Source of the DNA: a candidate division WWE3 bacterium | GTDB lineage: Bacteria; Patescibacteriota; WWE3; JAUXAW01 | Assembly (NCBI GenBank): GCA_030619715.1 | Contig: JAUXAW010000003.1 | Coordinates: 1 to 50,619 of the forward strand | Direction of reading: 5' to 3' | DNA: 50,619 bases | Shown here: one piece after another, positions 32,867 through 41,623 of the stretch | How positions within the stretch are numbered: the stretch's first letter is position 1 | How the letters are laid out: the number at the start of each line of letters is the position of its first letter | Program-made: the position numbers and the translations under genes | The notes under the pieces: model-generated | Database searches by the model: none | What the model saw: the letters and a program-made list of their open reading frames with translations, nothing else | What the model was told of the DNA's origin: nothing

Positions 32867-33484
32867 CTATTCAAACCTTCTAATTATCCCTCTCACCTTC
32901 CCCTGAATTGCAACTTTCGTCGCAAAAATTGGACTCATTGAGTCGTTGGCCGGTTCGAGGCGAATGCGGTGGCGCTCCTTGTAATACCTTTTGAGGGTCG
33001 CAAACCCGTTTCCCAGGAGAGCGACGACGATGTCCCCGTTGTTCGCTGTCTCCTGCTGCTCGACGACGACGTAATCCCCGTCATAAATTCCGTCTTTGAC
33101 CATCGAATTCCCTTTGACCTTAAGAACAAAGGCCCGTCGCTTGCCGGAGATTAAGCTGGGAGAAATTTTTAAGGTTTCCGTTGGGTCTTCGATGGCTTCG
33201 ATTGGTTTGCCGGCGGCGATGAAACCGACCAGCGGCAGCTCAATTCCTTCGAGGACTCCGGCCATTTTTTCATCAAGAATTTCGATTCCACGGACCGCGC
33301 CCTCGTATCTTTTGACCAAACCTTTTTTAATCAGAGCTTGGAGATGTTCGTGGACGGTGGCCAACGAAGAAAGCCCCATCGCATCGGCAATCTCTTGCAG
33401 CGTCGGCGAATAGCCGTTCTTAGAGATAAACTGTTTGAGGAACTCCAACAGCTCCCTTTGTCTTTTATAAAGTGTCACAGGCAT
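32867..33484 (-). CDS. lexA: LexA repressor (S24 peptidase)
   Basis: N-terminal wHTH (GYSPTLQEIADAMGLSS..TVHEHL), Ala-Gly cleavage site (FIAAGKP), GNSM Ser and LKRY Lys. Start ATG 33484. Confidence 0.9.
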   Translation of the reverse strand: MPVTLYKRQRELLEFLKQFISKNGYSPTLQEIADAMGLSSLATVHEHLQALIKKGLVKRYEGAVRGIEILDEKMAGVLEGIELPLVGFIAAGKPIEAIEDPTETLKISPSLISGKRRAFVLKVKGNSMVKDGIYDGDYVVVEQQETANNGDIVVALLGNGFATLKRYYKERHRIRLEPANDSMSPIFATKVAIQGKVRGIIRRFE

Positions 33485-33494
33485 GGTACTTCGT

Positions 33495-33523
33495 ATTTTA
33501 TACGGGTGGGTGGGTTTTGTCAA
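33495..33523 (-). promoter_or_regulatory. lexA promoter: -35 TTGACA (33523-33518), 17 nt, -10 TAAAAT (33500-33495); ATG 10 nt downstream
   Basis: Read on the minus strand. No Shine-Dalgarno site. Confidence 0.6.
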
Positions 33524-33558
33524 GAACCAGTTTGGGTTATGGTTGTGGGGTGTTGAGA

Positions 33559-33618
33559 GGAGCGGAGGCGGTTTTGAGTTTTGAGTGTAAAACTCTCGAC
33601 TCTAACCGCTCCCGCTCC
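33559..33618. other. Long imperfect hairpin (13-nt GC-rich arms enclosing a GAGTTTT..AAAACTC inner hairpin)
   Basis: GGAGCGGAGGCGG (33559-33571) pairs with CCGCTCCCGCTCC (33606-33618). Followed by low-complexity TTGCC TTGCG TTGCG. Confidence 0.6.
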
Positions 33619-33655
33619 CCTTGCCTTGCGTTGCGTTGTAGCTCGTGAGTAGTGC

Positions 33656-33883
33656 TTAGCGAGCTTCGGTGGATTCCAGCGATTGTTCGGCCCTGGAGTT
33701 GGGGATGAGATGCAAACTCTCGCCTGCAAACAGGCCGTCCAAAATCTCATAAATGTTGCTTGCTTCGGGATCACATGGATCTCCCTCCGAGCCTTTGCGC
33801 TTGAGCACTACCTTCGTACCCTCTGGTACCAGCTTGCCAGTTTTGTAAACCTTGAGCGGGCGAGTTAAGGTGTATTGGGACAT
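33656..33883 (-). CDS. Hypothetical protein (75 aa), orphan
   Basis: GAGAGGAGGAG Shine-Dalgarno before ATG 33883 and a consensus promoter upstream. No motif recognised. Confidence 0.5.
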   Translation of the reverse strand: MSQYTLTRPLKVYKTGKLVPEGTKVVLKRKGSEGDPCDPEASNIYEILDGLFAGESLHLIPNSRAEQSLESTEAR

Positions 33884-33939
33884 CTGGTCTCCTCCTCTCT
33901 GGAACATGGATTCAAGCGCAGGATTGCGCTGTGATTTTG

Positions 33940-33968
33940 ATGCTACCACAATTTATAGGATTTGTCAA
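33940..33968 (-). promoter_or_regulatory. Promoter: -35 TTGACA (33968-33963), 17 nt, TGg-TAGCAT (33945-33940)
   Basis: Read on the minus strand. About 50-nt leader to ATG 33883. Confidence 0.6.
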
Positions 33969-33998
33969 ATGCTAGGGGGTGGGGGTAACAAATAAAGT

Positions 33999-34018
33999 CC
34001 TGCCTGCCGGCAGGCAGG
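33999..34018 (-). terminator. Perfect 20-bp GC-rich palindrome CCTGCCTGCCGGCAGGCAGG, probable terminator of the transglutaminase-like gene
   Basis: Starts 3 nt after the stop (minus strand) and is followed by ACTTTATTTGTT. Confidence 0.6.
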
Positions 34019-34020
34019 TG

Positions 34021-35961
34021 TCACTTCTTTAGGCGCGAAGTGAGCTTCGCTACTATATCCTGTTTGGCAACCACAAGGGTCGCAGCTATAACGAGGATTA
34101 ATCCAACAAAAATATGAATTGGAGAAAGGGGGAGGTTGAAGAAGGGGTAGATGGAGATGGGGTGTTCGAAGTCAGTAGATTGAACCTCGCCGTCGAAGTT
34201 TGTGTAGGTTAGGGTCAACTTCAAAACATCATCCGCCCTCACATTAAAACGCGGGGCGTGGAGCGAGACGCGGAATTCTTTTTCTTGTCCCGGCAAAATA
34301 TCGCCAAGATCATTTTCCTTTCCTACCTTGGCTGCAAGAACTTCGCCCTTAATATCTGCCCTGACGCCGAAGGCGGTTCGGCTCCCAGTATTTTTAACCT
34401 TAATTTTCCCCGTCAGCGGTAATCCGGCAATATTTGTTTGACCAACTTCAAAAATCACTTCCAAATCGGCTGTGTGCTGATCGCTAAGTGCTGAGGAGCT
34501 GGCGAAGCCGACCTGAACATCGCCGTCGGTATCCGAATCCAATTTATATGCTCCGGCCGGTAGAGGTTCTTCACTCGAGAGCCCTTTAATCGCAAAAACA
34601 AAATGGTTGGTGTCGAGTTTGGAAAAATAATCAAGCCCGTTGGTCGTTGAGCCCCAAGTGGGGTCGATGGCGACCCAACCAAAATGAGGGTCGTAAAATT
34701 CGGGCCAGGCGTGCAAAACATCGGTGCCCCGAAATTCAATCGAAAGCGGCTTCAGGACATTATCAGAGGTGTAGGCGTAGCCATCAAGCTCGCGGGCGGG
34801 AATTCCGGCGGCGCGAGCTAAGGAAATGAAAAGGTCGGTGAAGCCCATGCAAACCACACTTTGTGGTTCGTTGAGGGCTTTGACCGCCCCAACCCGGTCG
34901 GCGTAGCTGGCTCCCGCCTCTTTGTCATAAGTTAATCTTTGGGAAACAAAATCATAAATCGCCCAGGCGTTTTCGGCGACGGTCTTGCGGCGGTCGATGA
35001 TCGACTTGGCTTGGTTCTGAATTTGCGGATGGTCAACTTCCCAAAACAGCTGCTGCTTGGTGTATTTTTCGACCAGTGGAGTTGGGATTTTGGCGAACGC
35101 CCCCCCATCTTTGGGAACAATCGGCTGGTTAAAAATTCGAGCCAGGCCTCTAAACTCAATGTCAAGCTTTTGCCCGCCGGAAAGTTTGTAGTCAGCGAGA
35201 TAATTGCTATCTTCATCTTGGTAAATTTTTTGCGGTTCCGGTTCCAAACTTTCAAAAATAATTTCCTGCCGACCGGGAATGTCCGGCGGCAGAGCAATGG
35301 TCGCAATTCCGGAGAGGGTTTTGGGGTTTTTGAGGTGGTACTTCAAGGTGAAAGAAAAGAGTTGAAATTCTCCAAATGCTGCTGATGCTCCTCCGATTTC
35401 AATCTGTTCCTTGTTAAACGTGAATTGTTGATTGTCGATTGTCGATTGTTGATTGATCGGTTGTGGGGAAATATACATTAATGGTCCGAAACCGGTTGGA
35501 ACCTTCAATGTCACATTGTAGGACTCAATCTCCGCTCGGGGCGAGAGCCGCGGAATGTTTACTTCCCACACCAACCCGCTTTTGACGGCGGTATCCAAAG
35601 TTTTGTACTTTAGGGTCCAGCGGAGAGTTTTTCCCAAACCGACGACCTGGTCATTAAAGACAACATCAATTTGGGTGCTGTCCTCTCGGCTCTCAATGGT
35701 GGTCTTCAAAGGTCCCTTGGAGTCCGAGGCTTCGATGTTCGTTACGCGAGGTGAGCCGATGATCAGAGTGTATTCCGAAGCAAAATAGTCTTTCGTTCGG
35801 TTGGTTAAAGAAACGTTTTGCGTGACTTGTGTTTCGCCGGTCTCCGAAACTTCGTAGGTGACGTCGTAAGAAGTTGAGAATTCTCCCTCCGCGTTGGCAA
35901 CTCCGATTGTCAGAAAACAAGAAAACAAGAAAACATAAAAACAAGAAAACAATTTCTTCAT
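34021..35961 (-). CDS. Transglutaminase-like domain protein, secreted with a C-terminal membrane anchor
   Basis: Signal peptide. Core Cys-His-Asp context VCMGFTDLFISLARAAGIPAR...HAWPEFY...WVAIDPTWG. C-terminal TM helix. Confidence 0.8.
   Translation of the reverse strand: MKKLFSCFYVFLFSCFLTIGVANAEGEFSTSYDVTYEVSETGETQVTQNVSLTNRTKDYFASEYTLIIGSPRVTNIEASDSKGPLKTTIESREDSTQIDVVFNDQVVGLGKTLRWTLKYKTLDTAVKSGLVWEVNIPRLSPRAEIESYNVTLKVPTGFGPLMYISPQPINQQSTIDNQQFTFNKEQIEIGGASAAFGEFQLFSFTLKYHLKNPKTLSGIATIALPPDIPGRQEIIFESLEPEPQKIYQDEDSNYLADYKLSGGQKLDIEFRGLARIFNQPIVPKDGGAFAKIPTPLVEKYTKQQLFWEVDHPQIQNQAKSIIDRRKTVAENAWAIYDFVSQRLTYDKEAGASYADRVGAVKALNEPQSVVCMGFTDLFISLARAAGIPARELDGYAYTSDNVLKPLSIEFRGTDVLHAWPEFYDPHFGWVAIDPTWGSTTNGLDYFSKLDTNHFVFAIKGLSSEEPLPAGAYKLDSDTDGDVQVGFASSSALSDQHTADLEVIFEVGQTNIAGLPLTGKIKVKNTGSRTAFGVRADIKGEVLAAKVGKENDLGDILPGQEKEFRVSLHAPRFNVRADDVLKLTLTYTNFDGEVQSTDFEHPISIYPFFNLPLSPIHIFVGLILVIAATLVVAKQDIVAKLTSRLKK
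35422..35463. repeat. Tandem heptamer GAATTGT TGATTGT CGATTGT CGATTGT TGATTGA TCGGTTG inside the transglutaminase-like gene
   Basis: Read directly (42 nt, 6 units). Encodes QPINQQSTIDNQQF on the minus strand. Confidence 0.85.
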
Positions 35962-36005
35962 CTTTGACTTGATTTTACCATATGGGTGTGGTAAATTTTC
36001 TCTGT

Positions 36006-36407
36006 ATGAAATCCTTGCTGCGGGGTATTCTCCTTAATACAGCGGTGATTTTCTTTGCCGCTTTGATTCTTCCCGGACTTTCCTATTCCAACAATTTTCA
36101 GGTTTTAACTTTGGCGGCGGTGGTATTGGGGTTGGTCAATCTCGTCGTCCGCCCGATTGTCAAGTTGATCACTCTACCGATTAATTTGTTGACCTTGGGA
36201 ATTTTCTCCTGGCTGACAAATGTTTTACTGCTCTACCTTGTCACCCGACTAATACCCGGGTTTGAAGTCTCGGCCTTTTATTTTCCCGGCTCGACCTATC
36301 AAGGATTTATTGTGCCGGCGATGGAAATCTCGTTGTTCTCATCCTACATTTTATCCTCTTTTCTTATCAGTTTGCTGACTTCTGTACTGGGGTGGTTGTT
36401 TGATTAA
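36006..36407 (+). CDS. Holin-4_2 / YvlD-like (DUF360) membrane protein
   Basis: Four TM segments, VVRPIVKLITLPINLLTLGIF. Start ATG 36006 lies 8 nt after TGTGGTAAATT (leaderless), so the 35982 start is unlikely. Confidence 0.65.
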   Translation: MKSLLRGILLNTAVIFFAALILPGLSYSNNFQVLTLAAVVLGLVNLVVRPIVKLITLPINLLTLGIFSWLTNVLLLYLVTRLIPGFEVSAFYFPGSTYQGFIVPAMEISLFSSYILSSFLISLLTSVLGWLFD

Positions 36408-36410
36408 AAA

Positions 36411-36629
36411 ATGACTAAAATTTTACCGGTTCTCCAGATCATAACTTCTCTCTCTCTAATTGTAGTGATCCTCCTTCAAGCTCAGGGAACAGGGTTGGGA
36501 GGGATTTTTGGTGGTGGGGGCGAAGAGTACCGGTCGAAGAGAGGGTTGGAGAAGATGTTGTTCTATGCGACGATTGTTCTGTCTGTAGTGTTTCTTGGCC
36601 TTTCATTGTTAGGGGTAGCCATCAGGTAA
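36411..36629 (+). CDS. secG: Preprotein translocase subunit SecG
   Basis: 72 aa, two TM helices, ILLQAQGTGLGGIFGGGG signature. Confidence 0.8.
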   Translation: MTKILPVLQIITSLSLIVVILLQAQGTGLGGIFGGGGEEYRSKRGLEKMLFYATIVLSVVFLGLSLLGVAIR

Positions 36630-38026
36630 TGTTGGACATATTGAAGGCCGCTCTGATTTCAGTATCTACTTTCATTAGTGCACTCTTACCACAACCTGCT
36701 TATATTGAGGGTGTGGTTGGTCAGCCGTTGGAGTTTAATCCCCTGGTTAAATCAGCCAACGAAATTGATGAGACGATTGAGAGTTTAATTTTTGGAAATC
36801 TTCCCGATCATCTCTCCGAATCTTTTGAAATTTCCGAGGACGGCAAAGAATATATTTTTTACCTCAAGCCGAACTTAAAATTTCACAATGGTCAAGCGTT
36901 GACCACCGACGATGTGGCCTATACGCTGCGTCAGTTAGAGGAGTTTCAGAGCCTCGCTCTGGAAGTTGTTGATAAATCAACGATTCGGTTTGTGCTTGAA
37001 GAACCGTTTGCGCCGTTTTTAGGGCTTTTGCGGGTTGGTATTGTTCCTCGAGGATTTCCCAAAGATTATTCGGGTTTGACTCCAATTGGTTCGGGGCCGT
37101 TTCGGATTATCGAAATCAAAAAGGGCAACCGAGTTTATGAAGTTGAGCTCGGAGCGGTTGACCAAAGTTACCAGATCAAACGACTTTGTTTTAAATTCTA
37201 CCTGACGCATAGAGATCTGGTCGAAGCGATTAAACTTGGTGATGTCCTGGCCTATGGCGGACCGAAAATTCTTAAATGGCCGACGTTTAATTATTTTGAG
37301 CAGCCGCTGACCGGTCGCTACTACGGACTCTTTTTTAATCTCAACGGCCCGGAGATTCTTTCCGACCGTGAGTTTCGCCGCAACCTGGCCCGAGCGTTGA
37401 ACAAAGAGGTTCTTGTTGAACAGGCCTTGGGAGGTGAGGGAGTGATTATCGACTCGCCGATCGTAGGATCCTGGGCGGAGACTGACGACATCAGCGTCCA
37501 CGGATATCAAGAAATTCCCAGTGTTGCCTACAATAACAAACTGACCCTGACGGTGCCAGCGACTCTGGCTCATCTTAAGGCGGCGGATGTAATTAAGGAA
37601 TATTGGAGTTGGTTGGGGGTAGCTCTTGATATCCGGCCGGTAGCGCCGGCGGAGATTTTGGAAAAAGTGATTAAGCCCAAAGACTTTGAAATTTTACTTT
37701 TTGGACAAGAAGTTGGTCGTGATCCTGACCGCTACGTCTATTGGCACTCGACCCAGGAGGATTATCCGGGCCTAAATTTCACCGGCTACAGTCAGATGCG
37801 GGTTGATAAGGCCTTGGAGGAGGGACGGAAAACTTTAGACCAGGAGAAAAGAAAGGAGCATTACACCAACTTTCAAAGAATTTTAACCGCCGACGTTCCG
37901 GTTATCTGGCTTTATCAGCCGCTTTATACTTTCGGGGTTTCCAAAAAAATAAGCGGAGTTTCTCTCGATGGTCTCCTTCATCCGAAGGACAGATTTGCTA
38001 ATTTGAAGGAGTGGGGGTTTGAGTAG
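36629..38026 (+). CDS. ABC-transporter family-5 (peptide/nickel type) substrate-binding protein, no cognate permease or ATPase nearby
   Basis: FHNGQALTTDDVAYTL, GSGPFRI, DPDRYVYWHS are typical SBP_bac_5 segments. N-terminal anchor. Confidence 0.72.
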   Translation: MLDILKAALISVSTFISALLPQPAYIEGVVGQPLEFNPLVKSANEIDETIESLIFGNLPDHLSESFEISEDGKEYIFYLKPNLKFHNGQALTTDDVAYTLRQLEEFQSLALEVVDKSTIRFVLEEPFAPFLGLLRVGIVPRGFPKDYSGLTPIGSGPFRIIEIKKGNRVYEVELGAVDQSYQIKRLCFKFYLTHRDLVEAIKLGDVLAYGGPKILKWPTFNYFEQPLTGRYYGLFFNLNGPEILSDREFRRNLARALNKEVLVEQALGGEGVIIDSPIVGSWAETDDISVHGYQEIPSVAYNNKLTLTVPATLAHLKAADVIKEYWSWLGVALDIRPVAPAEILEKVIKPKDFEILLFGQEVGRDPDRYVYWHSTQEDYPGLNFTGYSQMRVDKALEEGRKTLDQEKRKEHYTNFQRILTADVPVIWLYQPLYTFGVSKKISGVSLDGLLHPKDRFANLKEWGFE

Positions 38027-38737
38027 ATGGACGCCTGCGGCTTGCCGCACACGATAGATGAGGTTTCTCTTTGGGTTATCACCTGCGCCGGTTTGGTTGA
38101 TGCGATTAATCCCTGTGCGATTGCTGTTCTTTTAATCTTGCTCGGCGGTTTGTTGGTCTTTAAAGAACAGAGCAAGAAGCGGGTTTTGCTTTCCGGTTTT
38201 AGCTTTATTTCTGCTCTCTATCTGGCCTACTTTTTGCTGGGTCTGGGGCTGATTTCTTTCTTTAAACTTTTGGGATTGGCGACTATCTTCCACCGCCTCA
38301 TTGGCGGTTTGGCGATTATCGTTGGCCTTTTGAATCTTAAGGACTTTTTCTGGTACGGAGGCGGTGGGTTTGTGATGGAGATTCCTCGCTCCTGGCGGCC
38401 GACGATGCAAAAGGTTTTGTTGAAAGTTAGCAGCCCGGTCGGGGCTTTTTTGGCCGGTTTGCTGGTGACTTTGTTTGAGCTTCCTTGCACCGGCGGGCCC
38501 TATCTTTTTGTCTTGGGGTTCTTGTCCCACAGTCTTTCACGAATTGAGATTATTCCCCTACTCCTCTATTACAACCTAATTTTTGTTTCTCCTTTAATTC
38601 TTTTGACCGTTTTAATTTACCTCGGCTACGCTTCGATCGAAAAAGCAATTGATTGGAAAGAAAGAAACCTTCGCCTTCTCCATCTCGTTGCCGGACTCCT
38701 AATGCTGGGGTTGGGGGTTTGGGTTTTTTGGAGTTGA
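38027..38737 (+). CDS. DsbD/CcdA-like thiol-disulfide transmembrane protein
   Basis: Six TM segments with Cys in DAINPCAIAVL and FELPCTGGPY. Confidence 0.6.
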   Translation: MDACGLPHTIDEVSLWVITCAGLVDAINPCAIAVLLILLGGLLVFKEQSKKRVLLSGFSFISALYLAYFLLGLGLISFFKLLGLATIFHRLIGGLAIIVGLLNLKDFFWYGGGGFVMEIPRSWRPTMQKVLLKVSSPVGAFLAGLLVTLFELPCTGGPYLFVLGFLSHSLSRIEIIPLLLYYNLIFVSPLILLTVLIYLGYASIEKAIDWKERNLRLLHLVAGLLMLGLGVWVFWS

Positions 38738-38740
38738 GGG

Positions 38741-38817
<77 letters not shown>

Positions 38818-39432
38818 TTATTTCTTCTTCGTCTTCCCCTCGGTATTGACCACCTTGTCAATTATGCCATATTCTTTGGCCTCGGCGGCGGTCATGTAGA
38901 AATCGCGGTCGATGTCCTTCAAAACTTTTTTGAGCGGCTGGCCGGTGTGGTTGGCCAAAGTCTGCGCATAAAGTTTCTTCAGCCGCAAAATTTCCTTGGC
39001 GTCAATCTCGATGTCCGAGGCCTGACCTCCCAATTGCCCCATCGGTTGATGGATGTGAACGACCGAGTGCGGCAGACTGTAGCGCTTGCCTTTGGTTCCG
39101 GCGGCGAGCAACAAGGTGGCCGCCGAGGCCGCGGTCCCCACCGCAATTGTGCTGACGTCGGGCTTCATGTGGCGAATCGTGTCATAAATTGCCATTCCGG
39201 CGTAAGCCGAACCGCCGGGGCTGTTGATGTATATACTGATATCTTTTTTGTCGTCGGCGCTTTGTAAATAAAGGAGCTGGGCGATGACGGCGTTGGCCAT
39301 CATGTCATGAATCGGCCCGCCGACGAAAACGATTCGCTCCTCCAGAAGTTTGGAGAAGATATCAAACATCCGGTCGCCGCGAGGAGACTTTTCGACGATG
39401 ATTGGAATGTATTGCAAATTTACTTTATTCAT
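38818..39432 (-). CDS. clpP: ATP-dependent Clp protease proteolytic subunit
   Basis: RIVFVGGPI, INSPGGS, GTAASAA (Ser), IHQP (His), DIDRD (Asp). Confidence 0.95.
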   Translation of the reverse strand: MNKVNLQYIPIIVEKSPRGDRMFDIFSKLLEERIVFVGGPIHDMMANAVIAQLLYLQSADDKKDISIYINSPGGSAYAGMAIYDTIRHMKPDVSTIAVGTAASAATLLLAAGTKGKRYSLPHSVVHIHQPMGQLGGQASDIEIDAKEILRLKKLYAQTLANHTGQPLKKVLKDIDRDFYMTAAEAKEYGIIDKVVNTEGKTKKK

Positions 39433-40304
39433 TTTGCTAATTCAACAAGCTTTTGAATGGTCTTGTTGCGCTTCAATATGGACCTAATATACCATTTATT
39501 TTCTTCTTTTTCAAACTGCTCACGCGCTTTGGGGTCGGGGTTGGCTTTGACGGCATCGTTGATTTCTTTTTCCGTCACCTCAATTTTTTCTACCTGGGCC
39601 AGCTCGTCGAGGACAAGTTCGGCTTTTAAAGTTTCCTCAGCTTGCTGAGCGTATTCGGTGCGCAATTGTTCAGCGCTTTTGTTTTGCGATTGAAGGTACT
39701 GTTCGACGGTCAGACCGAGGCGAGCAGTTTGATCCACCAATCGTGAAAGCATTCGAGTAACTTCGTTCTCGGTGAGAATTTCCGGGATTTCGATCTCGGT
39801 GGTTTTTAGAACCGCCTGAAGAACGTCGGCGATCGTCGGACCAGAGGTTTCAGAAGGAGGTTTGATGGGCTTTCCATCTGGACCAATAATTCCTTCTGCC
39901 GGTTTTTGCACTTTGAGTTTGGCTAGTTCTTTTTTGTAATCCCCCAACTTAACCTCCGGCCGCTCCGCCGTTGTTGCCTTGAAAACGAAGTCCTTGTTAG
40001 CTTCTGGTTCAAATTGGATAATTTCAATCTGTGGGTTAACAACCGGCTTGAGAAGATGCTCTTTGACGGCGGCGTTGTAGCCTTCGGCCGCCAAGCGGTT
40101 GACTACTTCCCCATAGGCCTTTGGTGTATCAATTTTTTCCCGGACTAAATTTTTGGGAGCGTAACCTTTTCTAAAACCTTCAATTTCGATGTCCTTGCTT
40201 GCCGCGTCGAGAATTTTTTCAAGCTCCTCCCCTACCCTACTGTGAGGGACTGTAATCTTAATTTCCAACTGGGATTTTCCAACTTTTTTTACTTCAGATT
40301 TCAT
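39429..40304 (-). CDS. tig: Trigger factor lacking the PPIase (FKBP) domain
   Basis: N-terminal ribosome-binding signature EGFRKGYAPKNLV. A short Pro/Gly linker replaces the PPIase domain. C-terminal arm domain present. 291 aa. ATGA overlap with clpP. Confidence 0.85.
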   Translation of the reverse strand: MKSEVKKVGKSQLEIKITVPHSRVGEELEKILDAASKDIEIEGFRKGYAPKNLVREKIDTPKAYGEVVNRLAAEGYNAAVKEHLLKPVVNPQIEIIQFEPEANKDFVFKATTAERPEVKLGDYKKELAKLKVQKPAEGIIGPDGKPIKPPSETSGPTIADVLQAVLKTTEIEIPEILTENEVTRMLSRLVDQTARLGLTVEQYLQSQNKSAEQLRTEYAQQAEETLKAELVLDELAQVEKIEVTEKEINDAVKANPDPKAREQFEKEENKWYIRSILKRNKTIQKLVELAK

Positions 40305-40467
40305 TTTCCAGATCCTTGGCTAAGTCCTCGTCCAATTTTTCATTGGGATTACTTTCGTCCTTGGGCCCATCTATTTCGTTCTCTCTTCGCAGAAGCAGGG
40401 TCTCACAACTGGGACAGCTTCCGGAACCATCTGATTCAAACCCACAATCGGGGCAAACGTACTTCAT
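40294..40467 (-). CDS. Zinc-ribbon miniprotein (57 aa) with an acidic tail
   Basis: MKYVCPDCGF...CPSCE. GGGGGTGA Shine-Dalgarno site. Overlaps the tig start by 11 nt. Confidence 0.5.
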   Translation of the reverse strand: MKYVCPDCGFESDGSGSCPSCETLLLRRENEIDGPKDESNPNEKLDEDLAKDLENEI

Positions 40468-40543
40468 GCTTATCACCCCCAATCAAGGTGACCTACCAAT
40501 CTTAGCGTATTTTAGAAGGATTTTTCAACAAATGTCAAGTGGG

Positions 40544-40594
40544 AAATGAAAATCAGGGTAGTGGAGGAGGATTAAGTCCTCGCGCTACCCTGAT
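40544..40594 (-). terminator. Intrinsic terminator after the 40618-40776 ORF
   Basis: 10-bp stem ATCAGGGTAG / CTACCCTGAT with an inner GAGGA/TCCTC helix, then TTTTCATTT on the minus strand. Confidence 0.6.
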
Positions 40595-40617
40595 CTAGGT
40601 GTGAGCCCTGTCTCGTG

Positions 40618-40776
40618 CTATTTATGAAGCTCGTCGTATAAGAGCACTGCAACGCCCACAAGTAGCCCAAAAACCGCACCGAACGCTGTGTCCTCGCCAA
40701 ACGAGACCGTCAAGAACGCCCCTGCGGCGGTGGTGGCGGCGAGGAACCTGGTGGCTCCTTTCAGGTTCAGCCCCAC
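40618..40776 (-). CDS. Hypothetical small membrane protein (52 aa)
   Basis: GTG 40776 preceded by AGGAAAGGAGAAG. Gly/Ala-rich hydrophobic segments. Own promoter and terminator. Confidence 0.45.
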   Translation of the reverse strand: MGLNLKGATRFLAATTAAGAFLTVSFGEDTAFGAVFGLLVGVAVLLYDELHK

Positions 40777-40865
40777 TGTTCTTCTCCTTTCCTGATTGGC
40801 CTCAGAATGAGGCAACTGTAAGTAGAGCAAGCTTTGCAACTACGTTTGTGCTAATGTACGGGAAC

Positions 40866-40894
40866 AGCTTAGCACGGGGCCTATAAAATGTCAA
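40866..40894 (-). promoter_or_regulatory. Promoter: -35 TTGACA (40894-40889), 17 nt, -10 TAAGCT (40871-40866)
   Basis: Read on the minus strand. The -35 overlaps the DUF72 stop codon. Confidence 0.55.
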
Positions 40895-41610
40895 ATCGAT
40901 AGGAGGGTTTTTAGTTCTTTGGCATTTGTGACCGCGTGGGCGTGGGCGTCGTTGTCGAAGTAGATGTAGACGTCGCGGTCGTCGGCGAGCCAAGCCTTAA
41001 TCTTTTCAGCCCAACCTTTGAGTTCGGGTTTTGAATATTTGGAAGTGTAGAGAACTTCATGGCCGTGCAATCGGACATAAACAAAATCGGCGGTTACTTT
41101 TTCCACCAGTGGATACTTCGGTGTGTCCGAGATTGTCAAAGCAAGATTATTCTCCTTTAGCAAATTGTAAACCTCCTCGCAGAACCAACTTTCGTGGCGG
41201 AATTCAAAAGTGAAGCGTTGGTCCGTGGGGAGAATTTTGGCGAACTTTTCTAATCTCTCAAAATCAAGTTTGAAGTTGGGGGGGAGTTGGAAAAGAACTG
41301 GGCCAAGTTTTGGGCCAAGACCCGAAGCGTTGTCAAGAAGGTTTTGTAAAGGCTCGCGTCCATTGTTTAATTTGAGAATATGCGAAATAAAACGACTGCC
41401 TTTGACGGAGAAGACAAAGTCTTCTGGGGTTCTTTTCCTCCAATTCTCAAAAGTTTTTAATTTCGGCAAATGGTAAAAGGAGCTGTTGAGTTCAACGCTG
41501 TCAAAACTTTGGGTGTAATATTCCAACCACTCCTCTTTCGAAAGTTCTTCAGGGTAGAAAAGCCCTTTCCAGTGATTGTAAGACCAGCCGGAGGTGCCAA
41601 TATGTAGCAC
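40891..41610 (-). CDS. DUF72 (YecE-like) family protein
   Basis: HIGTSGWSYNHWKGLFYP, NSSFYHLP, FEFRHESW, YVRLHG, YIYFDND. GTG start. Confidence 0.85.
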   Translation of the reverse strand: MLHIGTSGWSYNHWKGLFYPEELSKEEWLEYYTQSFDSVELNSSFYHLPKLKTFENWRKRTPEDFVFSVKGSRFISHILKLNNGREPLQNLLDNASGLGPKLGPVLFQLPPNFKLDFERLEKFAKILPTDQRFTFEFRHESWFCEEVYNLLKENNLALTISDTPKYPLVEKVTADFVYVRLHGHEVLYTSKYSKPELKGWAEKIKAWLADDRDVYIYFDNDAHAHAVTNAKELKTLLSI

Positions 41611-41623
41611 GTTGATTAATTTT

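Noticed and set aside
33524-33546. AACCATAACCCAAACTGG upstream of lexA as a P2 half-site or LexA box
   Set aside because: It shares only ACCATAA and ACTGG with the P2 sites, lacks the second arm, and is not a convincing palindrome. This is insufficient to call a binding site.
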